64,000 bases of DNA. It comes from Eledone cirrhosa (Eukaryota). The position numbers were made by a program, and so were the translations under genes. Where the stretch lies: assembly GCA_964016885.1 (NCBI GenBank), contig OZ024743.1:151466001-151530000 (forward strand), written 5' to 3'. The notes under the pieces are model-generated. The model did not search any database. It saw only the letters and a program-made list of their open reading frames with translations, and was not told the origin of the DNA. Positions 13,306 to 28,744 of the stretch are shown in pieces (position 1 is the stretch's first letter; every line of letters begins with the position of its first letter).

Positions 13306-14279
13306 ATAATTATAAAGTAAAATTGATGCAATGTGTATAGTTATCTAATTATATTATTAATAAACTAGGGTTTATCACTATCAAGAAAAAAAAACAAAGT
13401 AATAGAACAAAATATCTAGTTTGATATACAGAGAGTACAACAAGTACAGAGTGACAAAAAAATCTAAGTATGAGAGGAATTTGAAATAGTGGACAAGAGA
13501 GAAGAATCAGCTGGTAAAGAAATGTGATGCAAGAAGTATTTAAGTGGAATGAACTTTTGGAAGAGGAACACAAAAGAAGACTTAGGAAGAAGTGGGGGGA
13601 AAATAATGATATCAAGAGGCAACAAATAGCAAAACATTGTGCTGGAGAAGACCTGGCAATACATACTAACAGGGGGGTTTATAATGATGATGGTGATGAT
13701 TACAAATGCTGGAAGGTTAGCAGGATTAGATAAAAGGAACAGAATAGCACTATTGACACTATCTCTAAACCATATTCACAGCTAGATATTGTGTTTCATC
13801 GCTTTCTGTTTTCTTCATTTTTTAACAGAGATAAGCCCTAGTTTAGTCCACCTTATATATATATTAAAAAAAAAATAAACACATTACAGCAATTGTACTT
13901 TATAATAATGATAATAATAATTTCTAACAAAGACAAGGACAAAAGGTGAAGTCAGCCTCAGAAGATTTTTAATTTTGGAACATAACTAAATACTGCTCTG
14001 CTGCTTCAAACAATGGCAACAACGATGCTGCCATCACTGCCACCAATTTTAGAGAAAGTCAATTAAATCAACCCAAGTGCATTATTGGTATTTCATTTTA
14101 TTGACCTCAGTAAGGATGAAAGGCAAAGCTAACCTCAGTGGGATTTGAAAAATAATCTATCTTTATATAGGAGAAGGAACAATAATGCTATCTATATATA
14201 GAGAAGGAAATATTACTCCACCTCTCACTCACTTCACCTCCCCCTCCTCTAACTAACTAAAGCGTAAGAATAATTGAGA

Positions 14280-16000
14280 AAGAAATTGAAGTGAAGAGGG
14301 GAGAAATATTGATCCTGGATGAAATATGTGCTGGGAAGTCTATCAAGTTAAGTAAAAGAAGGAAAGTGATTAAGAAACACAAAGTAACTACGGAACCTGA
14401 TACTGTATCAATCAAAGAAACCTTGAAACACAAAAACACAGCCAAAAGCGCAAATAATCAGAAGATTTGAAAAATTAAATAGGTTTTTCAGGCAAAATAA
14501 GCAGTTTATGTTGGATGCAAAAAAGTTTTATAGAGAAATTGAGACAGGCAATTCAAGTAAAGGAATCTCCTTCAATTCATGAAATTGAAGAATTTTGGAA
14601 AACAGTATGGCGTACAGAAAAATTTCATAACATGAATGCAGAATGGTTAAAGAAGATGGAAAAAACAGTACAACAATTTAGAAAAAACAGACTTGGCAAG
14701 ACATAACTATGGAAGAACTGGAGTTAGCACTAAAGAAAGCCAACAAATGGAAATCTCCTGGCATTGATAAAGTGCCAAATTCCTGGTTATCTTCTCTTAC
14801 TGCTACCCATGGTATGCTAGTAAAATGTTATAACAAAATTATGCACATCCCTGAGAAAACTCTTGACTGGTTTGCACAAGGTAAAACAGGTATATCTCAC
14901 CCAAATCAACAGAAACAAATATTCCAAAAAATTAGCACCTCTGTTTCCCTAAACAAATATGGGTAGAGGAATGATCCAGCCTGAGCTGTCATGTAAAATA
15001 TTAACCTTTGGACTCAAACAATACCTTAAAACTACAGATGATTGGATGCTGAAATTGGTTACAGATCTTAAAAGGAAGAAGATATTATATTCAATAACAA
15101 AAGAAAGTAGGAACTTTGCAGAAGAATTGAGAATACATTTTGAAAATGATGGAAAATCTGCAATTAAAGCTCCAAAAGAACATCAAAATGTTGACCAAAC
15201 ATGAAGGTCAACTGAGACTGAGCACTAAATGGGAGCAAAAACCACTGCATGGTCAGTATGTTCTCCATAGCAAAGAATATCATGAAGATCAAATTCTCAT
15301 CCCTCAGTGGCTATGGAGTTCTGGGCTAAAAGCAGAGAGTGAGGGTTTCATTTTGGCTGCACAAGACCAGTGTCTCCCAACACACAACTTTCAAGCCAAT
15401 GTGATCAGAAATGGAACTGACCTAAAGTGTCAATTCTGCGATGAGTATGTTGAGACCATTGACCACTTGGTTTCAGAATGCAAAGTATTAGCTCCCCAGG
15501 AATATAAAATGCAGCATGATAGAGTGGGGCAATATTTAAACTGGGTAATTATTCAGGTCTTATTGTAAAAAGCAGAGGGAAATTGTACAACCATCACCCA
15601 GATGCAGTAACAGGAGGCAAGAATGTAACATTCTTATGGGGTTTCCCTGTGAACACTGGCAGAATGTACAAAGCCAAGAGACCTGATATAATTGTGAAGG
15701 ACCATAAAGAGAAAACATGTTTCTTAATTCACATGTAACTCTTGAAAAAGTTCAGCAAACTCAGTAAATATAAAGATCTGTCAAATGAAATTGAAAAAAT
15801 GTGACATCTTAAGGCTTATACATTACCAGTAATAGTTGCTGCACTTGGAATGATAAAAAAGGGTACTGAAAAATATTTGGACTAGATACCTGGAAAGCTA
15901 TCTCTGCAAGAGATAGAGAAAATTGTGCTGACTGGCACTGTCCATGTCCTGAGAAGGGAATTATCAATTTAAATACCTTGCAAAGACGTTTACTGTGTTT
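14280..16000 (+). mobile_element. R4/Dong-clade non-LTR retrotransposon remnant (RLE endonuclease type), internally deleted
   Basis: WKSPGIDKVPNSWL (RT N-terminus), KPLHGQY, LKAESEGFILAAQDQCLPT, CCHC knuckle CQFCDEYVETIDHLVSEC, HDRVG, and AKRPDIIV (PD..D nuclease). The RT core is missing. Confidence 0.85.
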
Positions 16001-16112
16001 TATGTCCTTATGACAATTGACTGTACCAAATTTTGCTTCAGGTATCAGGTTGACACTTGGCAAGATATGGGAAAGAAGCAGATTTCAAAGCAAATTTCAA
16101 ATAATAATGGTC

Positions 16113-16147
<35 letters not shown>

Positions 16148-16249
16148 AAATAGCTAGATAAATTAATAAATGTATTTCTGTTAATATTTATATTCCTTTA
16201 TATGTGACAGGTCCGTTCACTTCAGTCCTTTTATACAATAATAAAATCA

Positions 16250-16918
16250 GGCCAGCAGTACAAACAATATGAGGAATAATATTCACAAAGAAAATGTTTC
16301 ATCACTTTGCAGAGTCTGTGAGAAATGATAAAACTTTTACTCATATTGTGAATGAGTCCAAATTTAGCATAGAATGAGTATAAAAAGTGGCGACTATGAG
16401 GCTAAGATAATAATTGGATATTGCGTGAGAAGTGGGGTTTTGGGTAAGGGAAAGAATGGTACAGCCATAAGCCCGAGAAAGTGCTGGAATCTGCAGACTG
16501 TAAGTTTTGGGAGGACTTTTCAGTACAGATTGATAAACAACTAAAACAAAAGTGAGCTATCATAATTGAGAATAAGGTTAAGAAAGAAGTTCTAAGCCAT
16601 CATGTCGATTTGACATCAGAACAGAGCAAAAGAAACAGGCAAAGTGGAAATAGTTTGGTTAGAAACTGAACAATGTCACAAATATACAAATTGTTATTGG
16701 TACCCTTGGTACAGTGAGAGAGAGGGAGAGGATTGAGACCTTAATGAAGAAAATTGGAATAGACTTTCTAATAGAGCTGTTGCAGAGAGCATGCTTCCTG
16801 GGAACATCAAGAATTGTTTGGAAGAAAAGTACATATCTATGACAGCTGGTTGTGGTTTGCTGCTAATGCATTTGTCCAGATTTTAAGATATTATCTAAGA
16901 TAAAAAGGAATAATAATA
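16250..16918 (+). mobile_element. second, older R4/Dong-like 3' fragment
   Basis: Degenerate CRVCE knuckle, HKPEKVLES..WEDFSVQIDK and IVIGTLGTV, followed by a (TAA)n tail. Confidence 0.6.
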
Positions 16919-18530
16919 AATATAACTGTAGACATGTATAAGTATGGTTATATTTTTCAATAAGTATTCCTATTTTATTTTATTTTAATATGTAATTAAT
17001 ACCAATGTTGATACTTTTCTTCTAAAAAACATCAATACTTGAAAAATAAATGAACTGTTGGTAAATATATTTGTACATATAAAGTAATCCTTGCTCAGTG
17101 CAGTGCAAAATAACTCATTTGAGATTTTTTTTAAATATCAGGTCAAATTTTTATTGAAAACCTTTTTTTCAAAATACAGGTGTGTCATATAGAGCCATAC
17201 ATTTTACAACCCCAAAGATATGGTGGATCACATAGGTAGCAGGAACTATCAGCTACATTGGCTGATCTTTAAGTTGATCCTAGTAACTATTCAAAAACAT
17301 ATTGGTTATCTGAATTCCTGGTTCATCATTAATTTGCTAGAAATAACATTGTATCTTGTTTTATTCATTGCTGAAACCAGATAACAACCTACACATAAAA
17401 AAAGGGCACTCATAAGGTGGTATTTGTTCCTGTTTCCTAACATTTTTATTGTCATATTTACTATTAGGCCTATGAACTTTGAACCATTTTTCTACATTTG
17501 GTTTTCTGCAATGAATGACAGAAGATCAGCATATAACAGTTTCCTAATATGTCAAGTCATAAGCTCTTGTGTTATTGCCATGTTGCAGGAAGTGAGGCAT
17601 TGTGGAAATAAATATTTAGGCTAATTTGCTCACTGAGTTTCATACTGGTTCCAACTAACTTTGCAGAAACTTCATACATCATCATCATCAACGTTTAACG
17701 TCTATCTTCCATGCTAGCATGGGTTTAGACATATTCAGCAGATTTCACAAGCCATCCATCTACACCTATATTTCCATGCATTCACCAGACTATAGCGTAT
17801 AAGCTCCTATCAAACATCTACAGATTAATGAATTTAAAGTAGAGTGGTTTTTTTCTTCATTAAGAACTTCCTTGTAATTGGTAGTTTTGTTAGAAATGTG
17901 GTATTTATGATTCAAGTACTAGTACAAAGCCAAACTGCATCCTATTAAAGTTAATCCTATCTTAAACTGTCTTAGTTATTTTCAAATCTGTCAGTTTGAA
18001 AGCTCTGCAATTGGCATACTGGTGTAACAGTATCATCTTAAATTGTTTCATGGGAAAATGAATTGCACTGCTAGATGCATTTCCCCATGAATCAATTTAA
18101 GTTATTGGAGATAATTGCTTCTAACTTAAATAACTATTGAATCAACAAGTGAGTTGCTACATGGTCACTCGACCAGTAAGAAAAAGCAGCCAAACTCCTT
18201 CAAATCATACTTTCTCATTTTAACAAATGAAGGACAGAATAATAGATATAATCTTAGATATGCTGCTTTGAAAAGCTTTATTTCCATCCTAAACCCTATA
18301 ACTGATTCTTGTGTTGATTCATACAATCTTACTCATATTCCTCATCTAATAACTGAATACTAACATTTAAATCCAAGAACACCAGTTACATTTTGGCAAC
18401 ACTTCTCAATAATAATTTACTGTTACGTGTTGCATAAAAAAAAGATAACAACTTTGTAAGAACTTCACCTTTTTAGAACATTACATTTTACACGAGATCT
18501 ATACTAATCTACTCACAATTATTAAGGAAA

Positions 18531-18615
18531 TAATTGTTTCTACTTTAGGTACAAGGCCACCAATTATCCCACTGTATTACTGGTACTTTATTTTATCGAC
18601 CCCGTAAGGATGAAA
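18531..18615 (-). mobile_element. SINE family A, 3' fragment
   Basis: Reverse complement of the Meta core and tail. Confidence 0.75.
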
Positions 18616-19736
18616 AATAGAGTACCAGTAATAAGGAAATAATGTAGAGAAATATAAATGTTAAACAGAAAATAAGAGCAATATTTGATGTAGAGATCAT
18701 TCAAGTATTCAATGAATTAGTATAGGAGGGAAATATTATGCAGAGATATATACTTATACAAACAGATGCTAAGATAATAATTACAATGATGAAAAATCTT
18801 GTCAAAGATATCAAAACACAGATGTTCCAATTATATTATCCAGAGACAAAGATTATCATTGAATATTTTCTTCGATCAAGAAAGAAAAATATAAAAAATA
18901 TTATGACATGAAATGATAAAAGGACTAAAATAATTGGAAATAGCTGATTGTTATTTTATTGGTTACAATGAACATTTCAACTCGGAGCTTCACAGATCTC
19001 TTTAAAGAATTATAGAATGAAGTGAAAGATGCCAGTTAAAGAAACCTTACTACATATATACCTTACTATATATATACCTTACTATATATATATTAATGTT
19101 GCACGTTCTATTTTTTTCAATTAACTGTCTCTCTTGTACCCACTCAGTTACTTTCAATACAATCTCTAGATATCGTTAGGAAATCAATATTAGACCTGGA
19201 GAATGCATGCCCCCCCCCCCCCCCCAAAAAAAAAACCATGGTCAATAAATTATAGATATTAAAAGGTCTTTTTTTTAAAAAACGCATATGCAAGACAGTT
19301 GATTAGATGGGTGAAGGAAAGCATTATTTTTTTTAAGCATCATGTTATTCGATTAAAGTCATAAAGTTCTAATGTAAGGCAAAGTTATAGTATAGTTTAT
19401 ATATATATAAACACAAATAATTCTTTTACTTACTAAATGTTTTCATTTTGTGGACAAAACTATTTTTTAAAAAAACCTGATGTTATTATGATAACATGAC
19501 TTTTGACAGCGGTATTCAGCAGACTTGACCGTTTAAAGCAATGTCATTAAAAACAGTAATATACGAAAATATATCAAAATCTAGAATATCAGGTGTTCAA
19601 TTAAAATGTGGACCAAAAATATGTTTACACACTATAAGTTCAATGGTGACCTATGTTAGAAATGCACACTGGGTTATATATGGATTACTATAAAATATCT
19701 ACAAATTTAAATGTAACAAAACTCCTGTGTAGACCT

Positions 19737-20080
19737 AGGAATGGCTATATGGTCAAGAAATTTGCGTAATAGCCATGTAGTTCTGGATTCAATCTCACTG
19801 CATGCCATCTTAGACACATGTCTTCTAATGTAGCCTCAGGCTGATCAACATCTTGTGAGTGATAGTTGGTATACGGAAACTGTGAAGAAGCCCATCATGT
19901 GTATGTGTGAGTGAGTATGTCTGAGTGAATGAGTGTGTGACCGTGTTTCTATGGTATATGTTGTATCCCTTTATGACCTTTAACCTGATGGTTCAGCAAT
20001 TAGTGACCAATAAAATAAGTACTGGGTGGGGTTATGATTGACTAAATATTTCAATGTGGGGCTGTAGCATGGCTGCATAG
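19737..20080 (+). mobile_element. old tRNA-derived CORE-type SINE
   Basis: TGGCTATATGGTCAAGAA..GGATTCAATCTC..CTTAGACACATGTCTTCT. Related degenerate copies at ~24267-24600 (+) and ~32290-32450 (-). Confidence 0.55.
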
Positions 20081-20711
20081 GAAACAAGATACACATAAGA
20101 AATCTTTGTGAATAGGAAATTTGATAATTGATGGTAAGATAAATTAAATATAACATTATTTATTCTGAAGATGGAACAATTCAATAAAATATTGAAGAAT
20201 TAGAATTGAAGAAAGGTGAAAAAGAAAAATGTGCTTCATATTAAAAGAAAATATAATTTAATTCAAATATATAATAAAATCTTTGAAAAAAAACCCCAAA
20301 ACACTTACAAAACAATTTAGGAAACAATAATAAAAAATTGTGGATATTTTATCTATGTTTTTTTTTTTTTCATTTCTCAAAATTTGAACATATAAAAAAG
20401 TTGTATTAATAATTGTAAAAGCCGAATTTACATAGATATTAAAAATATCTATGTAGACATTGGATTTTGACCTCTATTTTTTAATACAAATTTTTCACAC
20501 TGAAAATGTTATCATTAAAATTCTATAATACATTCTAATAATTATAATACATTCTAAAAAACAACAACCCAAAATGAAAATTAAATAGAAACAAAGTAAT
20601 GAATTTGAGTAATAATAGTAAGGTAATGGTTAGAAGGAATTGTTTTACACCAGTGTACTAAAAAATGCATATGGTGGGCTTCTGCATGATTTCCAGCTGC
20701 TATATTCCACA

Positions 20712-21040
20712 AGGCAGTGAACTGGCAGAGTCATAATGTCAGATAGAATGCTTTGTGGTATTAATTTCATCTCTCTATTCTCTCAGTTCAAATCCCGTTG
20801 AGGTCAGCTTTGCCTTTCATCCATTCGAGGTCGATAAAAAAAAGCACCAGTCTAGTACTAGGACCAGTTCTTCCTCTATATCTCTTTCTCACTTCCATTC
20901 TCTCACTTTCTATCATTCTCTGAAGAAATCTATTGTGTTCAGACCTGGAGAGAAAATGAGCTCTGCCAGGTTTAAAAATGCCCTAGAAATGCTGTATATC
21001 AATACAGCACCCCAACAACTCCACCTGGATTTATGGGACT
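20712..21040 (+). mobile_element. SINE family B (Meta-type head plus a distinct ~170-bp tail)
   Basis: Meta core followed by TTCTTCCTCT..CTTCCATTCTCTCAC..TTCAGACCTGGAGAG..CCCTAGAAATGCTGTAT. The homologue is at 28745-29070 (-). Confidence 0.75.
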
Positions 21041-22084
21041 ATGCATACTCCACTCACAATGGCTTTATCATTTACGGTTATATGTTTAATGTTTTGTAAA
21101 TTAGGATATGTTTCAGTTAGATTCCAGAAAGATTTTCTCCTGTCAAAAATTCATAAACAACATATGTATGGTCCCCTAATTCCTGATAGAGTTGTTTCTT
21201 GGGCATTTTTAAAGCCAAATGACACCAAATATAATCCAACCCCCGTTTTACAATCGTTTTTTTTTTTTTTTGTCACATATTCCTTGGCATATATTTGCGT
21301 GGTAATTAGTCATCCAAATGATTTTTTAAAACTTTATTCTGTCATTCTGTCAATCTTTAATCATTGCCTTTCCAAGAGTTTGATCATCAATTCAAGTCAA
21401 CTCTTGCTCACATATTCTTTCTTTGTGTCAATAAATTACTTTCAATCACTTGTGATCACAACTCCTATTCTAACCAGCAAAGTAACCCCACATGGTCACT
21501 CGATCTGTTAACAGTAGTAGCAACATTTTCATTGAAAGACATCTTACCATCTTAAAAAAGATTATATTGGAAACCATATTAGATAATGACATATTAGAGA
21601 CGTAATGCTCATAAAAAAAGATGTTATAGTCATGGCTGGAATGCTTTTGATGATAAATCTACTTGATCAGAGCTGACAAGGGGCTAAATTACAATAAATG
21701 TTATGCCAGTGATAGATCCCACATTCTCTCCATAGCTTTTGTATATAGATACATTATCTCCATATAACATAAATGCTTTCTACTAGGTTTACACACATTT
21801 TTCATTTGGAAACATCCTATATGAAATACTTGGCCTACTCCCTTTTCACCAGATTTACAGTTATTCTGACGACTTCTCTAGTTAATGTTTTACTTCAGCA
21901 ACAGTCAATAATAATTTTAAAAGTAGAGAAAATTATACTAATCTCATCCAGCTTGAAAATGTTTAAACATTCTATGAAAACTGCTACTTATATATATATA
22001 TATATATATAATAAAAACAACAACAAAAAATGGAGTCTGTTATAATTGTGAGTAAAGAAAGAACAGATTTTTGAAGGCAAATTA

Positions 22085-22310
22085 TTTAGGTCAGGAGACC
22101 CAGGGGTAGACCCTGAGCAAGATTGTTGGATTACATCCATGAACTTGGCTGGTCTCACTTGGGGATCCAGCCAGATCAGATGGAAATGGTTGTTTCTGTC
22201 AGGACCCACTGGAAAGAGTGTTTGAGTACTCTTCCCCTACAGCCCTCTCAGGAATAAGTAGAAGAAGACAAAGAAGAAGATGAAGAAGATGATGATGATG
22301 ATGAAGAAGA
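22085..22310 (+). mobile_element. RTE (Expander/Rex3-like) extreme 3' end
   Basis: Translates as RPRGRP*ARLLDYIHELGWSHLGIQPDQMEMVVSVRTHWKECLSTLPLQPSQE*, followed by a (GAA/GAT)n tail. Confidence 0.75.
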
Positions 22311-25300
22311 AATTATTTAGATTGGAAAAAAAAAAATTACCTCATCCATTTCTCTAGTAATAGCCCAAACACCATTCTAGTCCCCCCTCCCCCACCAATT
22401 TTTGTTAAGATCCTCCAACTGCAGCAAAGAATACAAGCACACTAGTGTTGAAATGTAATGGGCTCAGTGCTAGATGTAAAACAGTGATGATGATGGAATT
22501 AATTAGTTGAACTGTTTATTAAATAATTTGCATAATTTCAAAAACTTTATCCTTCATAATAAGCAATCTATTATTGTTGATTGTACAGTTTTCACAGATA
22601 GCTAAAGAGAGTGAGAGTACAATCTTATGCAATACATCATGCAGCCAAGAAAAGTTTTGGTTGTTCATTGTTTTTCAATCAGGGACCAGTTCTCAGCCAT
22701 CAACCTTTAGGATGCTGAATTATTTTAATGAATTGCTTCCCTTGAAACTGTATTGTGTATTAAGGGCAGATTACTCTGACTTATGTCACCAACTGTGCCA
22801 GGAGGATTAATATGGTTATATAAAGCAAAACTCAAAGCTGCTCATTCCCTTTAGTTGGCAACCCAGTCTAGCAATCTATCTGATCTCCCTCTCACCCTTC
22901 CTCAAAACAAAACTCAGCCATTTAGCTAGTCTCAAGATGAGACATTTAGTTGAATAAGACACCTAACTGCCATAGTACATCTTCCCTCCGTAGGTTTCAC
23001 TACAACAAAACCCAACTTCTTCATATGGAACTTTCATTTCAGTTCATCTTAAATAACAAGACACAATCAATTAATTCACTGTATCTCATTTTCTGCCAGT
23101 GATCTGTACCACAATATATTATTTTATTTCCTGATTTCCTTATTATTTTCCTATCTTCTCTTACCAGGTGTAACACTCAAAAGGAACTTTCATTCAACAA
23201 TGTATGTAGAATGTTATTCCTACAGCATTCAATTATATGACTGACTTCACAAATATTAACTTATTCCTAAGCATTTTTTACAAGACATTTATACAAACAA
23301 TGCTTTTATTGATATTGTAAGTTGGAACTTGCTAGTTGTCTCTGTATGTCTCCTGTCTAATTCAAACTCATACGTCACCACTCTTTAGATGGACATGTTA
23401 TTTAAGTAATTTGAACTACAGTACCATTTAGCTGGAAATTGTTTACACTTAGGTGCTATGTAGAAAATAAATTAGAACTGTAGTGAACTTATGTAGACAT
23501 TTCAGTTTTACCATTGTTGCATGTTATATGAGCCATAATTTGGCTAAGAGAATACATGACTGTCTCATTTACTAGTTGCTGTCATTTCACTCTTTTTAGT
23601 ACATCTCATAATTAGCCTTTTGTTTTAGCTTCAACAGAATAAATTCCATTATTTTAAAATTGCGTACACTGTCCATTGTTTACTCTGAACAACACTAATT
23701 ATTCCATTTACTTGAAGTGACTTTGTAAAACACAAAAGTATATTATATGCTGCATAACTCTTTCTCTACAATGCAAATCCTTGAATTGACCTATGTATGC
23801 ACATTTGAACATACATTATGTAAATTGTGATTTTATTAATGTTTTAAATTAAGATTGATTACATTCTAAGTTTAAAATCTATATCAAGCTTGTATTCAAA
23901 CCATGTACTGTGTAATTTTTAGTATCTTATTCTATCAATGATTATTCCCAAAAAATATTTCCAGTTGTTATGTAGTAAATAAAAAGAAGAACTATATAAG
24001 TCATCATTATTGTTATCCCTACAGGCATTTCTTTAATTTCTAGAGAAATATTATAATTAATTTATTATTGTTATCTCTGTGCATCCATACTTTCTAGAAC
24101 ATCATTCCAAATGATTATGAATTTGGAATTCATAATCATTTTTAGGGACAAAATTAACTACTAAAAGGCATTTAGTTAAGTGCTTATCTATTTCTGCCAA
24201 TGTGTCACCTGTTTTCTGTGAAATATTATAAACTATTTTAGAAAAAATGTAAATATATAAATGCAGACATTGCTCTGTGGTTAAGAAATCCTCTTTGCAA
24301 CGGATTGGTTTTCTTGTTTTATCCCTTAGCAGGACACCTTAGGTAAGTGTGTTCTACTACAGTCTTGTGTTTACCAATGCCTTCTGAGGGAATTTTATTA
24401 GATAGAAGCTGCAGATGTCCATTGTGTGTGTATGATTTGTGTGTACATGTATCTATGCGTGGGTGTGTTTACTGTGTGTTTATGCTCTGTAACCTATTCC
24501 TTTGGCAAATAGAGAATGGTAAAATAAGTAGTGGGGTTGATATGTTTGATTAAAGCCCTTGAACACAGTCCCCTTACATGGCCATAGTCTAATGATTAGA
24601 TTCAATAAAAGTATAAAAATATATTTATAAGAAAGTGCAAGTGTAAAACACTTTAAACTCTTCCTAAATTGGCTCCTCTCTACTCCACCAGCAGGTAAAA
24701 CTTAGAGCTATGAATTTCAAAACAATAGTTGACAGGAAATGTCAGGATAATGATGATAAGTATCACGAAGAGATGAAGTAAGCTAATTGTTTCTTTGTGA
24801 GAATTTGACATCTCTCATCATCAAAATAATACTTTAAAAAAAAAAAAAATTACTTGTTCTCTCACTTGACTTTTTAACGGGTCTTCTTGTAGAAGTAAAG
24901 ACACTTTAGATAAAATAGTAAATAGTTCTTAAGATAACTACTTTTAACAAGCTTTTACCTTCACTTGTCTTACAGTAATAACAAATATGAGCCACATTTT
25001 GACCTTTCGCTTATGGCATATTAATTGCCACTAATCAAAGTGTATTTTCTTCTTGTTTACATATATAGTCAAAGCACATGGTCATATCGTTGATACTTTA
25101 TCTTCAGACATACTACTTTACATTTTCATGAAAACTGAGTAGGTTTCCTTAGAAAAACATTAGAGTCCGGTGGATTGGGGGGAAGAGAAACTGATCATTT
25201 TTTTAAATCAAAAACATAAATTTATCTGAATAAAGATTACTGTATCTATCATCATCATTTAATACCCGTTTTCCATACTAGCAAGGGATGCCCTAATCGT

Positions 25301-26598
25301 CACAGAAAATGTTAGTAATTAATTAGAGCTACTGACCTTTGAGATGGGCCAGGAGCCTGCAACTTATATATGTTCTATACTTCACAGAGTGCACTAGATG
25401 CATGTTATCATAGCAATAGAATTAAGGAGGCTGTCATATCTTTAACACAGCTAAAATGTTCTATTGATCCTTTGTTTGGTGGGTACCGATCCTACCATCA
25501 GCCACTTTATAGAGTCCTCTCACCCATTTTTAGTATGGTTTCTACAGCTGGATGCCTTCATATCACCAACCACCTAACAGAGTATACTGGGTGCATAAAT
25601 AATGCTAAAATGCTTTTGTAATCTATTACATAGATCTCTATTCTATATCACTGTAAAAAAATAAAATAAAACTCAAGCCATCAACAGAAAAATGATAGCG
25701 GGTTTATGACAACAGGCTTCATTTCCACATGGTAAGAACACTTTGTAAATATAAAAGGAACAAAGGAGCAACATTAAAAATATTGCTGTAGACAATGTTG
25801 AAAAATTACAAAACATTTCAGAATAACCAGGCCAAAGCTATACATGGGAAATTATTTTAATATCTCAGTATAAAAACAAGAGTTAATGAGGTGAATAACA
25901 CACTTAAGAATAGTATTAATCAGATTCTATACATGTTAGTATAGAGAAGTGGTTTTACTGTAAAAATATCATGAATACCAAATGTCTTAGATAAAGAATA
26001 GTTGGTCAATTTCCAAAATGTGATTTGAGAAAGAAACATTTGAAAACAAGAACAAGAAAAAAGATACTGTATTATACAATAACAACAACAAAAACGATAA
26101 ATAGGTGGGTAGACACTCAACAAGATTTTGCTCCCAATTCTGAGCCTTATCAATGCTGTCTTATCAGCAGTCTCCAAATGACTAAACTGTGTACTCGGAA
26201 AGCCAGCATGATTTGGCCCATTCTAATCAGATGGATATAAATATAAAAATATCATTTTAAACCAGAAAAATCTGGTAATAGCTATTGTTTACAGAAGAAT
26301 TGTTGAAGAAATGTTGCTTGTTGAAGCAGAACAGATGAAGCCTACTTGGAGAAAAGAACTTAGAAAGTGACCCTGCCAAAACGGGATCAACAACGAAAAT
26401 AGAAACAAGATGATGAAAACGATTATATATTCAATCCACACTTATTTAGGAAAACTGGAGTATAATATTTGGTGGTATAGGTAAACAGGTTGAAAGAACT
26501 GCTGCTGTTTATGGTCTGGACATTACCAGCTACATTTAATCTCTTCAAATAAATACATTTGCAAAACTTCTTAGTGATATTATTAAAATTGCAGAGTG

Positions 26599-26780
26599 CG
26601 GTGGATTGGCAGTATCGGTAGAGGGTCGGACGCCATGCTTTCCAGCATAGTTACGTCCCTTTACGATCTGAGTTCAAATCCCGCCGAGGTTGACTTTGCC
26701 TTTCATCCTTACGGGGTCGATAAAATAAAGTACCAGTAATGCACTGGGTAATTGCTGGCCTTGTGCCTAAAGTAGAAACA
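26599..26780 (+). mobile_element. SINE family A with 20-bp TSD
   Basis: ATTATTAAAATTGCAGAGTG occurs at 26579-26598 and 26781-26800. Confidence 0.93.
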
Positions 26781-28744
26781 ATTATTAAAATTGCAGAGTG
26801 ATTATAAAGGAGAGGATGCGGAGGGGAAGGAAAGCAGAAGTTAAATATTGCTCGTAAAATATGTCAATCTGTATTCAGATTGGGTTTCTAATTGAGAATC
26901 TTATGGTAATATTTCCATTTCATTTAATATTAAAGTTGGACAATAAATAAATAAATAAATAACTGTGAAAATAGAGAAATTTAAGTAAATTGGCTGGTTA
27001 ATGAAATCTGCAAACAAATCAATTTGCAAAGTATATAGGATATCATTGAGCAGGAGGTGGTGGTGTCATACTTCATCCATGTCTTGTAAAAGAAACAAAT
27101 TAAATAGATGTGACAATTTGCAAGTTTATAGCACTTTAAGCAAAATAATATTTGTTGTTGATTACAATAGCATATATGCTTCCTGGGAAAAAGTGACAGT
27201 GTGAAATCTATGTTTGTCATACACTATATATTTGATTATAAATCTCTCCCAAAACCATTGGTTTGGACTGACATAATATCTGAAACTATGAGATAAACAC
27301 TCTATTCAAGACTGTGAATCATATGCTGTAAAATATTTCTATTTCTGGAATATCTTTACATCTCTTATAGACACATCATCATTTCCCCTGCCCTACCTAG
27401 TTGTTAATGTTTTATAGACAAGATTCCTTAGTACCCTATAATATACAAAGCTAAAATACTTGATACAATTCCAAGATTGTTATAAGTTAACTAATACTTT
27501 GTTTTGATTATCAGTTATGAGAATCATTACAAAACTGTTGTAAGAAAGAAGGATAAAAATAAAAACATCTTTAATATCAAAATAAAGGAAACTTCAGCTT
27601 TGAGAAAATATTTAGATTATTCTTTCAAATGAACTGAATATATAATCCTTCTGGAAAAATATGTATCAAGTCAGAAAGCATTATAACAAATAATCAAGAT
27701 CTGTTATTCAATTTTCTTTTTGGCAGAATGTATTTTTAAATATACCAAAATGTGTGCGTGTGTGCATGTGCATGTAATTATCATCATCTTATGTCTGTTT
27801 TCCATGATGGTATGAATAGGAGCAGTCAGCTCTTATTCAGAAACTGCCCTCCTAAATGGGTTAAAGTCTTATATGAATATTGCATTTTTGGCATGGTTTC
27901 TATGGCTTATTACCCTTCCTATACTACTATACAAAGTTTACTGGGTTCATATTATTGAGACACTAACACTAAAACAGTTGTCTTTATTATTTAATGAATT
28001 ATGTAGCCGATGCACATTATGAAAGATTAAATTGATCATTTCACGTAAGTCCTAGTTTATGCTTGACATAAATAGCAACTTCTATAAGTTCTCTTCAGAG
28101 GAAGTAGGATAAGAGTATTTGTTTTCTGATAAAGTGCCAGCTAGTTGTGAAATGCTTAAAGACAGGGTTATGTGAACATAAGAGAATGAGAAAGTGGGTT
28201 TACATTTATTTTCAGAGAAGTATATAATTTAAAATGTTACATCTACATTAAAGTTTCACAGCAAGCCTCAGAATTTAAAACTCTAGCTACATTAAATCCA
28301 TCCTAAATTTTCTGATATACTGTTTTGTGCATAAATAGTTCATATTTTATTAATTACATTGCCAAATGGATGCATGTTATGCAAATTAAAATGTCAATTT
28401 CAGTTAAATTCCAGTTTGTATTTGACATAAATAACAACCCCTGGAATTTCTCTGAAGGATGAGGACACATGTCTTTTGATGAACAGCCAATTAGTTAACT
28501 ATGAAACAGGTAAAGCGAATCTCTTTCATTTTTCAATGTATGAAGAAAATAAAGTTTCTTTACATTTGTTCATTTTCACAGGAAGGTTTATAATTTAAAA
28601 CTAGATTAAATGTATATTAGCTTCTTTTTATCTATCCTTCCTGTGCATAAATAATTATTATATATATCACTATCTCTAAATCTATGTATGTGTGCATGTG
28701 AGTGTGTTTAACACATACACACATATATGCATGCATGGTCCTAT

